Shown here piece after piece: positions 1 through 13,400 of a stretch of DNA of 64,000 nt. Both the position numbers and the translations under genes were made by a program. Origin of the DNA: Anaeramoeba ignava BMAN (taxonomy: Eukaryota > Protista > Anaeramoebae); the NCBI GenBank assembly GCA_028826165.1, contig JAPDFW010000033.1, positions 124,001 to 188,000 on the forward strand, written 5' to 3'. The stretch's first letter is position 1; every line of letters begins with the position of its first letter. The notes beneath the pieces were generated by a model. That model had not been told where the DNA came from, searched no databases, and worked only from the letters and a program-made list of their open reading frames with translations.

Positions 1-532
1 TTTGGGGAATTATTTTATATTATTTTAAATAAAAGAAACAATAAAATATATAAATTAAATTTAAATTTAATTAAATTTAATAATCTTGATTTTATTTTTG
101 AAATAAATTAATTAAAATATTTTATTAATTTTATTACATTATTGGGAATTATTTTATATTATTTTAAATAAATAAATGTTAATAAAATATATAAATTAGA
201 ATTAATTTCAAATTTAATTATTTAATAATCTTGATTTTATTTTTGAAATAAATTAATTAAAATATTTTATTAATTTTATTAAATTATTGGGAATTATTTT
301 ATTATATTTTAAATAAAAGAAATATTAATAAAATATATAAATTAGAATTAATTTCAAATCTAATTATTTAATAATCTTTATTTTATTTTTGAAATAAATT
401 AATTAAAATATTTTATTAAATTTATTAAATTATTGAGAATAATTTTATATTGTTTTAAATAAAGAAATGTTAATAAAATATATAAAATAGAATTAATTTC
501 AAATCTAATTATTTAATAATCTTGATTTTATT
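1..532. repeat. Tandem repeat, unit about 145 bp, about 3.7 copies, probably continuing left of the window
   Basis: Unit start ttg(g/a)gaat recurs at about 2, 142, 287 and 433; internal marker aataatcttgattttattttt is present (one variant) in each copy. Confidence 0.9.
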
Positions 533-573
533 TTTTTCATTTTTTCATTTTTTCATTTTTTCATTTTTTTTTA

Positions 574-2351
574 AGTAAAAAAATTTAAATAAAAAAAAAT
601 TAAAATAAAAAATTTCAAAATTAAATTCCAAAACAAAAATAACGAATTAAATAGTGTCAATTTATCGAATTACAATTTCAGAACCTTTTGGTTATCCTTT
701 AATTGATCGAATTTATGAATGGCAAGGAGAACATAAAGCAACTGCAATTTCCAAAACTGCTTTAATTTTTCATCAATTTGCCAAAGAAATTGGTGATGGA
801 AGTTTGTTTCTTTTTATTTAAAATTAAAATTAAAATTAAAATTAAAATTAAAATTAAAATTAAAATTAAAATTAAAATTAAAATTTAAATTAAAATTAAA
901 ATTAAAATTTAAATTAGAATTAAAATTAAAATTAAAATTAAAATTAAAATTAAAATTAAAATTTAAATTAAAATTAAAATTAAAATTAAAATTAAAATTA
1001 AAATTAAAATTAAAATTAAAATTAAAATTAAAATTAAAATTAAAATTAAAATTAAAATTAAAATTCAAAATTAAAATTAAAATTAAAAATTAAAATTAAA
1101 ATTAAAATTAAAATTGAAATTAAAATTAAAATTAAAATTAAAATCAAAATTAAAATTAAATTTAAAATTAAAAATTATTCAGATATAAATCGAATTGTTT
1201 TTGAAGAACATGATTCTAATAATTTACAAGAAAATTTACCAACAGTTTCACCAACTCGTTCTAATCATCCTTTTCAATATAGAAGATGTATTACACCAAA
1301 TGTTTATCGAAATGTTCCACAAAAGAAAAAATTATCAATGGTTACTAATTCAAATAGTGATATTATTGTTATAATTTTCCACAGTGAAAAAACTGTTTCA
1401 AATGTAGATTTCTTTGGAAAATTTTGAATGAATTTAAAATCAAAATTAAAATTCAAAATTAAAATTAAAATTTAAAAATTAAAATTAAAATTAAAATTAA
1501 AATTAAAATTAAAATCAAAATTCAAAATTAAAATTTAAATTAAAATTTAAATTAAAATTAAAATTAAAATTAAAATTAAAATTAAAATTAAAATTAAAAT
1601 TAAAATTAAAATTAAAATTAAAATTTAAATTAAAATTAAAATTGAAATTAAAATTAAAATTAAAATTAAAATTAAAATTAAAATTAAAATTAAAATTAAA
1701 ATCAAAATTAAAATTAAAATTAAATTAATATTAAAATTGAATTTAAAATTAAAATCAAAATTAAAATTAAAATTAAAATTAAAATTAAAATTAAAATTAA
1801 AATCAAAATTAAAATTAAAATTAAAATCAAAATTAAAATTAAAATTAAAATTAAAATTAAAATTAAAATTAAAATTAAAATTAAAATTAAAATCAAATTT
1901 AAAATTAAAATTAAAATTAAAATTAAAATTAAAATTAAAATTAAAATTAAAATTAAAATTAAAATTAAAATTAAAATTAAAATTAAAATCAAAACCAAAA
2001 TTAAAATTCATTTATAAAATTAAAATTAAAATTAAAATTAAAATTAAAATTCAAAATTAAAATTAAAATTAAAATTAAAATCAAAATTAAAATTAAAATT
2101 AAAATTAAAATTAAAATTAAAATTAAAAGGAATCTGTTCATCAATTTTCAGATACAATTACAAATGCTTTTTGTTCAAAATATGAAAAAACTTTAGAAAA
2201 ACTTAAATCAACTTTTCAAGCAATTGCTGATGAAAAAAATCCTTTAAAAACTCTTGATGAAGTTTATGTTAAAGAATTTGCTTCATTTCAATCATCACTT
2301 GATTCATTAAAATCAGATTTTGATCAAGAATTTATTAATGATAATTTGTGA
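574..2351 (+). CDS. Stand-alone longin-fold-like protein, about 196 aa, absent from the ORF track. Exons 574, 655-801, 1183-1403, 2130-2351
   Basis: GT-AG joins give an open 591-nt frame: MSIYRITISEPFGYPLIDRIYEW...IFHQFAKEIGDGNINRIVF...NAFCSKYEKTL...EFASFQSSLDSL..., stop TGA. TCATTTT motifs lie directly upstream. The fold call is by eye. Confidence 0.75.
802..2129 (+). repeat. (TTAAAA)n microsatellite filling introns 802-1182 and 1404-2129
   Basis: Direct hexamer arrays bounded by GT and AG. Confidence 0.95.
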
Positions 2352-2466
2352 AATAATTTCTTGAAATTCTTTTTTTTTAATTTTCATTTGAAATCTTTTC
2401 TTTTTCTTTTCAAAAATCAAAATCTTTTTTTTAATTAAATTTTAATCTTTTATTTTAATTTAAATT

Positions 2467-5400
2467 TTAATCTTTTTTTAAAAAATTTTCCACAGTTTTT
2501 TGATCTGGAAAAATTAATTTAACTTTTGGACGTTTAATTTCATTTTGAATATTTGTTTCGAAAAGAATTTGATTTGTATTTTCTTTTAAATCATCTAAAC
2601 TTCTTTTTTGTTTTGTATTTTCTTTTAAATTTTGAATTGAAATTTGAATTGAAATTTTGATTCAAATTCTTTTGTTCAATTTCATTCTTTAAAATGGATA
2701 ATAATTGAATTGAATTATAAAGTTTCTTTTTCAATTCTTGATTTAATTTTTCTTGTTCGGAAAAATCATTCAAATGATCATTTTTAATTGAAATTATTGG
2801 TTTGTTTGTTTTTTCAATAATAGAAACTAATTTTTGGAATAAATTCTCTGTTTTTCTGTTAAAATTGCCATTTGTTGTTGAACAAAATTATAAGACTTTT
2901 GCAAAGAAACTGCAAAAGATTCAAATTCATTTTCAAAACTTCTTGCAATTATTGAAGTAATATTTTTACCAACATAATCATATTTTTGGAACATTTCTGC
3001 AATTCTTGTTTTCCATCTTTCATTTTCTTTCAATAATTTCTGCTTGTCAAGATTTAATACATTAATATTTTCTGATAAAGATCTTTCTTTTTTTTTCCAA
3101 ATTTCCATTTCGTTTTCCAATTTTTGGAATTCTTTGAGTTTTTTACTCAATTTCTCTTTTAAATCTTTGTTTTCTTTAAAAAGTTGTTGGAAACTTTCTT
3201 CTTTTAATTTTCCTTGATATGGATTATTATCATCAAAAGATGTGAATATTTCCTCAATTTTTGGGGTATTTTTTTGGATTGAAAAGCTTGATAATGTTCC
3301 CCTATTTTTCAATTCTTCGTTGATTCTTTGGTTTTCAAATCTCAAATTTTCATTTTCTGCTTGAATAATTCTCATTTCATTCTCAAGAGTTTCAATGATA
3401 TTCTTTTTTTGCTCTGAAATTTCTTGTTTTGTTGATATTGAAATTTCTTCTGATTGCGATTGATGCAATTCGAACTCTTTTTTGACAAGATTGAGTTGCA
3501 TTTTCAACATTTCATTTTGCTTTTCCAATGAATCCAATTTTTTGTGAAGTTGTTGAATTTCCATTCCCATTATTCTTTGTGATTCTTTGAGTTCTTCGTT
3601 TTCTTTTTCTTCTTCGCGAAGCTTATTCAAATCCATGACGTGATTTGAAAATTCCTTTTCATATTTTAAATCTGATGATTCAATTTCCAATTTGGCTTTT
3701 TTCTGTATTTCTTGGTTCATTTGCGCAAGTTCTTGGTTTTTCTTTTCTAATTCTTGTATTTTATTCTCAAGTTCAATAAACTGTTCTTCATACTCAAATA
3801 TTTTTTGTTCTTTGGTGATTAAACCCAAATCTTTTTCTGCCATTTTCTTTTCAAGTTGTTCTTTGTTTTGAGTCAATTTGCGAATTTCTTGATTTTTTTG
3901 GTGTTCTTGTTCTTTTTTTAATTCAGTAATCTGCTTGTTTTCGTTTTCCAATTCTTTGTTTTGTTTCATCAGACGATTTTTTTCCTTTTCATTTATTTGC
4001 GACAATTTCAGAATTTCTTTTTTGGATTCAATTTGGTTTTGGATTTCCTGTTTCAAAATATTTTCATTGTATGAATTTCCAAATTTCAGAATACTTTGAT
4101 CTGAATCAGTTTCTGTTGAATTTATTGGGATATCAATTTGGGGAAATTTCACAGAAAATGGTTTTATTGCTGGTTTTGATAATTGGACTTTCTTAATTTC
4201 TTCTTGAAGTTGATCCATCTGTTTAACTTTCTCATCAAGTTCCAATTTCATTAATTCAATTTTACTTTTTAGTTCTTGGTTTTGTTTTTCCAAATCTTGC
4301 ACAGAAATTGTAAGTTGAATATTTTTCTGGTGCAATAAAGACTGTGAGCTTGTGTGATAATCCTGGAAATTACTGAACAATAATTTGATTTGTTTTTTGT
4401 CAGATTTCAGTTGCTCGTTTTCTTGTGATATTTTGGATTGATTTCTTTTTAGACTTTCCATTTCTGATGTTAATCGCTGTTTTTGAATTTCAGACTCATT
4501 TAGTGTTTTTTCTAAAAGTTGATATTGACTTCCAATTTCTTGATTTGTTAATTCAAGATTGTTTGCATTTTCATTCATTCTCTGAATTGTTTCGTGAAGA
4601 TTTGCGGCTTCCATTTTCATAATATTGATCGCATTTGTTAGAACGTTCACTTTCTCTTGTAAAATTTGGTTTTGTGTTTGAGATCGAAGCAATTCTTCGT
4701 TAACTCCTTTGAATTGTGATTTTTTCTGCTCATTTTCGTGTTCAAAACGCTCATTCAATCCTTTTATTTTTTGAGTGAGGGAAATATTTTCTTGTTGTAA
4801 AATGTAAATAATTCTGAATCTTTTGTCATTTTCTAATTCCATTTTTTGGTAAATTTGTTGGAGATATTTTCGTGCATCTTTTATTGTCATTTCTTCAACA
4901 TTTTCCTTGAATAAATCGTTTTTGATGAGCGAATAAACTTCATTTTGTAACTCTAAATCATTTTCAAGACAATTTTCTTTGCAAAATTGATTCCAATTAT
5001 TCTGAATACCTTCAATAATTTTTTCATCAGATAAATTAATTTGATGTTTTTCCTGATTTTCTAATTCAAGCATAATTTTCTCCAAATCTTTAGAAATTAA
5101 ATCATCTTTTTCAGAATGCGATTCACTTTTCAATTGATCAAAAAGCAATTCTCTGTATTGATTCCTCTGTAAATACATCAAAAAAATTAATTTCATTTGG
5201 TTTTGTGAGAGAATATATGAATTTTGTAGTTTTGATTGAAGAGATTCAATTTCGGGTTTAAATTGTTTGATGAAATTCTGTATCAATTCCTTTTCCAAAT
5301 TTTTATAATTTCGATTTAATTCTATAATTTGAATGGATAATTTTTCGTTAGTTTTTTGTAAATCTTCTAAATTTTCAAAGAAGGGGTTTTGAATGTTTCT

Positions 5401-7013
5401 TTTTGGATCTTCTATATTCATTTCCATTTCCATTTCAATTTTGTTTTCATTTTCGTTTTCATTTTCATTTTCATTTTCATTTTGAATTTCCTTTTCATTT
5501 TCGTTTTGTTTCTCTTTTTCTTTCTCTTTCTTCTCTTCATTGTTAATTGATCCACTTTTTAAATTATGATCCTTTGAAAGAAGATATTTTAATTGATTTC
5601 CCAAATTTGAATTGTATTCTTGAAGAATCTCAATTGATTTTGATTTCTCTAAACTTTCTTTCTCCAAAACTTCGATTGTTTGTTTACTTGAATTTTCTTT
5701 AGCAATATATTCTTTTAATTTATCACTTAAATATTTATTTGAATATTTAAGCCGTTCGTATTTTTCCTCTTGTTCTTTGATTAATGGCAGTTTTGATTCC
5801 AATTTCCAATTTATTCTTTCCAAAATTTCTTTTAATTTTTGGTTTTCTTCTTTTTCTGTTTTCAATTCAGCTTTAAGTTGAATATAATCAGAAAATGTTT
5901 CTGAAAAACTTTTTCCTTGAATTTTCACTATTTGATTAAATGAACAATTTTAAGAAAATTAAAAAAAAAATGTTTTGAATTCGATTTTTGAATTTTGGAA
6001 TGAAAATGTTTTACTGATTGTATCCATATTTTTTGATAAAACTTTTCCAGATAATTGATCATCTTCATTTTCTAATTTCTGTTTTAATTCCATATTTTCC
6101 TGTTTTAATATCTCAAGTTGATTTTGGAAGGAATTCATGATTTGAGATTCAATTTCCATTTGGTCTTGATTTGTTGGTTTGATTGTTTGAGTTTGATCAT
6201 CTTTTTTTTGTGATTTTCCATCATTTTCTTTTGATTGATCAAATTTTTGTGTAAATATTTCAATCAATTCTCTTTTTTTTTCAATTTCCGCAATATAACT
6301 TGAAATCAAATGCTGATTTTCTTTTTCTTTTTTCTCAAATTGTTGAATTTTCTCATTTGCTTGATTGAGTTTTTTTGCGATTGTTTGATTTGATTGTTTC
6401 AACTCATTATTTTCTTCTTGAATTTTTTTGATTATTAATTTTTCTTGAATATTTTCTTTTTGTAATTCTTGGAATGTTGTTTGATTTTGATTTGATTGTT
6501 GATTTGGAAATTGAAGTTTGAGTTTCAATATTTCAATTTCTGAATTTTTCATTTAATTCCATTTCAATATTTTGGAATTTTTTCTCTTTTTCTTTTAAAT
6601 TTTCTTTTAAATCTAAATTTTGTTCTAAAAAAAATTAAAGTTAAAATTAAAATTAAAAATAATAAAAATAAAATTAACAAACTTTCAATTTCTTCTTTTT
6701 CTTTTAAATTTTCTTCAAATTTTAACTTGAATTTTTCTAATTCTTTGATTTTTTTTAAATTATCATTTTTTTCTTTTTCAAAATTTTCAATTTTTTCATT
6801 CTTTTCAAAAAGTTGATTTGTAAGTTGTTTATTTTTTAACGATAAAAGTTCAAAATCATTAACTCTTTGTTCTAAATCAATTTGAAATTTATTTCTTTCT
6901 TCAAGAAGTTTATTTTTTTTTAAATTTAATTTTTTAATTTGTTTTTCATAAATTTCACTTAATTTTTGTAAGTTTTCATTTTGATTTTTTTCTTTTATTA
7001 AATTATCTGTCAT
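2467..7013 (-). CDS. TPR: Nucleoporin TPR/Mlp1 (nuclear basket coiled-coil). Introns 6625-6682 and 5928-6014; apparent frameshifts near 2853 and 2630
   Basis: TPR-like blocks GKSFSETFSDY, KLPLIKEQEEKYERL, FENLEDLQKTNEKL, QRNQYRELL, KYEKEFSNH and ENERWKTR in a long coiled coil. The true C-terminus is uncertain (2827 if the frameshifts are real). Confidence 0.8.
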
Positions 7014-7087
7014 TTTGATTTTATATTTTTAAAAAAAAAAAAAGGAAAAAAATGAAAAAAAATAATTTGAAAAAAAATTTTTTTCTT

Positions 7088-10000
7088 TTATTTTTTTTTA
7101 ATTGCTTCTTGAATTGGTTTTAAAAATTCTTCATATTTTATTTGAATATTTTTTATAACTTTTTGCATTGATTCTGTTTGAGCTTCAAGAATTGTTTGAA
7201 GTTCATGTTTATCCAATAAATCAAACTAAATTTATAAATCCAAAAAAAAATCAAAAAAAAATATAATTTTTAAATTTTTAAATTTTTTAAATTTTTTACA
7301 TCAATTTTTATTTTTCGAGGAATTTGAATAGAAATTTGATGTTCTTCTTCATCATCTTCATTTTTTTGATTTGTTTCTTCATTTTTTTTAAATATTGCTA
7401 AATTTTCCTGAATTAAAGAAGGATCTTCACAAAGTGCTCCTAAATCAATAATAAGATCTTTTTTTTCATCTTCATCAAATTCATGAAGATCGTAAGAGAA
7501 ATGATTTGATAAAACATCATCTGGGTCAACAGTTGATTCCAATGTACTTTTGCTTTCCTTTTTTTTTTTTAAATAAATTATTAAATAAATTTTCAAATAA
7601 ATTTTTATCCGATTTTTAAATAAATTAATAAATAAATTTTTATCCGATTTTTGAAATAAATTATTATCCGATTTTCAAATAAATTAATAAATAAATTATG
7701 AAATAAATTATTAAATAAATTAATAAATAAATTATTAAATAAATTTTTAAATAAATTTTCAAATAAATTTTTAAATAAATTTTTAAATAAATTTTTAAAT
7801 AAATTAATAAATAAATTAATAAATAAATTAATAAATAAATTAATAAATAAATTAATAAATAAATTTTTATCCGATTTTTAAATAAATTAATAAATAAATT
7901 TTTATCCGATTTTCAAATAAATTATTAAATAAATTTTTAAATAAATTTTTAAATAAATTTTTTTAAATTAATAAATAAATTATTAAATAAATTAATAAAT
8001 AAATTATTAAATAAATTTTTATCCGATTTTGAAATAAATTAATAAATAAATTATTAAATAAATTATTAAATAAAATTATTAAATAAATTATTAAATAAAT
8101 TATTAAATAAATTATTAAATAAATTAATAAATAAATTAATAAATAAATTAATAAATAAATTATTAAATAAATTATTAAATAAATTATTAAATAAATTATT
8201 AAATAAATTAATAAATAAATTATGAAATAAATTATTAAATAAATTAATAAATAAATTATGAAATAAATTATGAAATAAATTATTAAATAAATTATTAAAT
8301 AAATTATTAAATAAATTATTAAATAAATTATTAAATAAATTATTAAATAAATTATTAAATAAATTATTAAATAAATTATTAAATAAATTATTAAATAAAT
8401 TTTTAAATAAATTTTTATCCGATTTTGAAATAAATTTATTTTTTTACATCAACTGTAAAACTATCTGAAAGAGGAAAACTAATTAATTCTTTTATTTCAT
8501 TACTTTGATCTTTAACATTTTTTACAAATGATTCCTTTTTAATAAAATTAAAAACAATTTCTAAATTAATTAAATCAAAATTTTAAAATAGAATAGAATT
8601 TATTTATTTTCTCTTTTACTTTAAGAAGATCTTGAGCTTTTGCACGAAGTGAAGGTAATTTAATTAAACAAAGTGATACAAAATATTGGAATTCTTTTGA
8701 CCAAACATTAGCAGTTAATTGAGGTGGTGGATTTTTTGAGATTAACATTACTGCCTAAAATTTTGAATTTGATTTTGATTTTGATTTTGAATTTGAATTT
8801 AATTTTGATTTTGATTTTGAAATTAATTTTGGTTTTAATTTGGATTTAATTTTGATTTTGATTTTGATTTTGATTTTGAATTTTACTTGAACTGAATGTA
8901 AATTTGAATATGGTGGATTTTTTTCTGCAAGTTCTATTAAAGTTATTCCAAAAGACCAAATATCAATCTTTTGATCATAACCTTGTTTTGTAATTAATTC
9001 TGGAGCCATCCATAAAGGCTATCAAATTTTATTTGAATTTAAATTTGATTTTAAATTTGATTTTGAATTTAAATTTGATTTTAAATTTGATTTTGAATTT
9101 AAATTTGATTTTAAATTTGATTTTGAATTTAAATTTGATTTTAAATTTGATTTTGAATTTAAATTTGATTTTAAATTTGATTTTGAATTTAAATTTGATT
9201 TTAAATTTGATTTTGAATTTAAATTTGAATTTGATTTTGAATTTGAATTTTGAATTTAAATTTAAATTTTGAATTTGATTTTGAATTTGATTTTGAATTT
9301 GATTTTGAATTTGATTTTGAATTTGATTTTGAATTTGAATTTGAATTTGAATTTAAATTTGATTTTGATTTTGATTTTGATTTTGAATTTGAATTTGAAT
9401 TTGAATTTGAATTTGAATTTAAATTTTGAATTTGAATTTTGATTTTGAATTTGATTTTGATTTTGAATTTGATTTTGATTTTGAATTTGATTTTAAATTT
9501 GATTTTGAATTTGATTTTGATTTTGATTTTGATTTTGATTTTGATTTTGATTTTAAATTTGATTTTAAATTTGATTTTGAATTTGATTTTGAAATTGATT
9601 TTGAAATTGATTTTGATTTCGAATTATAATTCGTTTTACAGTTCCAATTTGTGTATATTGTTTTTTTTCTTCTGAAGACATCCAAACTGAAACACCAAAA
9701 TCAGCTTTTAAAATAAAAAGAAAAATTTGAATTAAAATTAAAATTAAAATTAAATATAAAAAATCAATCAAAATCAATCAAACAAATTTTTGGTTGACCA
9801 TCTTCTGTTAATAAAATATTTGAAGCTTTAATATCTCTATGAATAATATTTAAAGAATGAAGAAATTCAATTCCTTCTAAAACTTCACGAGAAATATAAG
9901 CAATTTGCTTTTCATTTAGAGATTTTTTCTTGATTAAATCTGCAAGAGATCCACCAGCACAATATTCCATAATAATCTAAACAAAATTTTTTGATTAATT

Positions 10001-10353
10001 TTTAATTCGAAAAAAATTTTTTTTTGATTAATTTTTTTTCGAAATTTTTTTTTGATTAATTTTTTTCGAAATTTTTTAAATTCATTTTAAATCATTTTAA
10101 ATTAAATAATATCAACCCATATTTCTCCGTCTTTTGAAAATGTATGGAAATATTTGATTATGTTTTTATGTTTGCATCTTCTGAGAACTGAAATTTCAAG
10201 TGCTGCTTTTTGAGTATATTCATTTGATACTTTTTTGACAGCTACAATTTCATTAGTTGATTTAACTTGTGCTTTCCAAACTGTTGAAAATCCTCCATAA
10301 CCAAGTTGTGAAATTAATTTAATATCTTCATATTTAGATTTTGGATTTTGCAT
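7088..10353 (-). CDS. STE20-family MST1/2 (Hippo/Krs-like) kinase with C-terminal SARAH domain; 8 exons
   Basis: Motifs [34 protein letters not shown] and GTPLWMAPE. Introns 9977-10116, 9705-9783, 9019-9639, 8755-8886, 8535-8619, 7558-8447, 7226-7299. Last exon [45 protein letters not shown]. Confidence 0.9.
7558..8447 (-). repeat. Composite intronic satellite with about 7 AAAATCGGATAA motifs (sense strand)
   Basis: AATAAATTATTA-type units interspersed with TTATCCGATTTT on the + strand. Confidence 0.9.
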
Positions 10354-10454
10354 TATAATAAAAATTGTTCAAAAAAAAAGCAAAAAAAAAATGAAAAAAA
10401 ATTTTTAATTCATTTTTTTTCATTTTCATTTTTTTTTTATAAACAATTTTTATT
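10354..10454. promoter_or_regulatory. Putative bidirectional promoter (kinase / MORN gene) with opposed TCATTTT initiator-like motifs
   Basis: 101 bp between divergent ATGs; aaaatgaaaa on the left, tcatttt three times on the right. Confidence 0.65.
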
Positions 10455-13400
10455 ATGACTTTAAAAAAAGAAGTTAAAGTTTATCATGATCGTTCTATTT
10501 ATGAAGGTTTTTCTTCATTTTTCTTTTCATTTTAATTTTTTATTTTTTATTTTTTCAATTTAATTTTAAAAAAAATAAAATAATAGGTGAAACATTAAAT
10601 GGAATGAGACATGGGTAAATTTGTTTTATTTAACATATTTAATCAATTTAAAGCAAATTCATTTTATAAAGCAAATTCATTTTATAAATTTATAAAGCAA
10701 ATTCATTTAAAGCTATTTTATAAATTAAAATTAAAATTAAAATTAAAATTAAAATTAAAATTAAAATTAAAATTAAAATTAAAATTAAAATTAAAATTAA
10801 AATTAAAATTAAAATTAAAAATTAAAATTAAAATTAAAATTAAAATTAAAATTAAAATTAAAATTAAAATTAAAATTAAAATTAAAATTAAAATTAAAAT
10901 TAAATTAAAATTAAAATTAAAATTAAAATCAAAATTAAAATTTAAATTAAAATTAAAATTAAAATTAAAATTAAAATTAAAATTAAAATTAAAATTAAAA
11001 TTAAAATTAAAATTAAAATTAAAATTAAAATTAAAATTAAAATTAAAATTAAAAATTAAAATTAAAATTAAAATTAAAATTAAAATTAAAATTAAAATTA
11101 AAAAATTAAAATTAAAATTAAAATTAAAAATTAAAAATTAAAATTAAAATTAAAATTTAAAATTAAAATTAAAAATTAAAATTAAAATTAAAAATTAAAA
11201 ATTAAAATTAAAATTAAAATCCATTTATAAATTAAAATCAAAATCAAAATTAAAATTAAAATTAAAATTAAAATTAAAATTAAAATTAAAATTAAAATTA
11301 AAATTAAAATTAAAATTAAAATTAAAATTAAAATTAAAATTAAAATTAAAATTAAAATTAAAATTAAAATTATAATTATAATTAAAATTAAAATTAAAAT
11401 TAAAATCAAAATCAAAATTAATATTAAAATTAAATTTAAAATTTAAATCAAAATCAAAATCAAAATCAAAATTAAAATTAAATTTAAAATTAAAATTAAA
11501 ATTAAAATTAAAATTAAAATTAAAATCAAAATTAATATTAAAATTAAAATTAAAAAAATGAATTAGTTATGGTGTTTATAGATATCATAGTGGAGAAAGA
11601 TATGAAGGTCATTGGTTTCTTGATAAAAAACATGGAAGAGGAAAATATTTTTATACATCAGGAGGAATTTATGATGGAGAATGGGATTTTGGAAGAAAAA
11701 CAGGAAAAGGTTCTTTCAAATTCCCAAGTGGTGATTTATATGATGGAACTTGGAAAAGTGATAAAAGAGATGAGTACTAATTATCTTTTTTAAATTTAAT
11801 TCAAAAAAATTTAATTCAAAAAAATTTAATTCAAAAAAATTTAATTCAAAAAAATTTAATTCAAAAAAATTTAATTCAAAAAAATTTAATTCAAAAAAAT
11901 TTAATTCAAAAAAATTTAAAATGAAATTCTTTTAAAGTTTCGGAATATATAATTATAGTATTGGGTAAGTTTAAAAAATTAAAAAAATTTTTTAATTGAA
12001 AAATTTTAATTCAAAATTTTTTTTCCGATTTTTATATTTTTATATTTTTATACTTTTTTATATCATTAAAAGTGATCGATATGAAGGTTATTGGTATGAG
12101 GATCAAAAACATGGAAAAGGTTATTATATGTTCTCTTCTAAATCTGAATATATTGGTGAATGGGTATTTGGAACAAAAGAAGTAAATAAAAACAAAATAA
12201 AAAAATAAAATATTTTTATATAAATTTGGAAAGTTAATTTTTTAATAATATTTTTTTTAAATAAGGGATTTGGAAGATTTAATTTTAATACTGGAGATAT
12301 TTATGAAGGAAGATGGAAAAATGAAAAAAGAGACGGGTAAATTCAATTAAAAATTAAAATCAAAATAATTTAAAAAATTAAAATTAAAAAATTCTTTAAA
12401 ATTCTTTAAAGATTTGGTGTTTATCATTATGGAAGGTAAATTTTATCATTTAATTATAATGTTTTTTTTCTCTGAATTATTAATTAAACTTTTTTATTGA
12501 AACAGAGATCTTGATCGTTATGAAGGAATGTGGAGAGATGATGCAAAACATGGAAAGTAATAAAAAAATTCAATTAAAAAAATTCAATTAAAAAAATTCA
12601 ATTAAAAAAATTCAATTAAAAAAATTCAATTAAAAAAATTCAATTAAAAAAATTCAATTAAAAAAATTCAATTAAAAAAATTCAAAAAAATTAAAACAAA
12701 AAGAGGATTTTATTTATATAAAAATGGAGATTGGTATTATGGTTATTGGAATAAAGGAAAAAAACAAGGAATGTATGATAATTTTGATAAGAATTTTTAT
12801 TTAAAATTAGAAAGAATTTTTTTTATAATTAAAAATTGATAAATAATTGCTTATATCAATTTAAAAGGGGTATTTTTCATTATGCAGATAATGGAAGTGA
12901 ATATATTGGTTTTTGGGATGATAATTATCGTCATGGATTTGGTATTAATTATTTTGGAAATGGAGATGTTTATAGAGGATATTGGAGAAAAGATAGAAAA
13001 GATGGAGAAGGAGATTATTTTTATTCTAATGGGTAGAAATTCTTTAAACAATTTATTTTAAAATCGGATAAAAATTTATTTATTAATTTATTTATTATTT
13101 TATTAAATTATTTATTAATTAATTTTAAAATCGGATAAAAATTTATTTATTAATTTCAAAATCGGATAAAAATTTATTTATTAATTAATTTCAAAATCGG
13201 ATAAAAATTTATTTATTAATTTATTTCAAAATTTATTTATTAATTTATTTAATAATTTATTTAATAATTTATTTATTAATTTATTTATTAATTTATTTAA
13301 TAATTTATTTATTAATTTATTTCAAAATTTATTTAATAATTTATTTATTAATTTATTTCAAAATCGGATAAAAATTTATTTAATAATTTATTTAATAATT

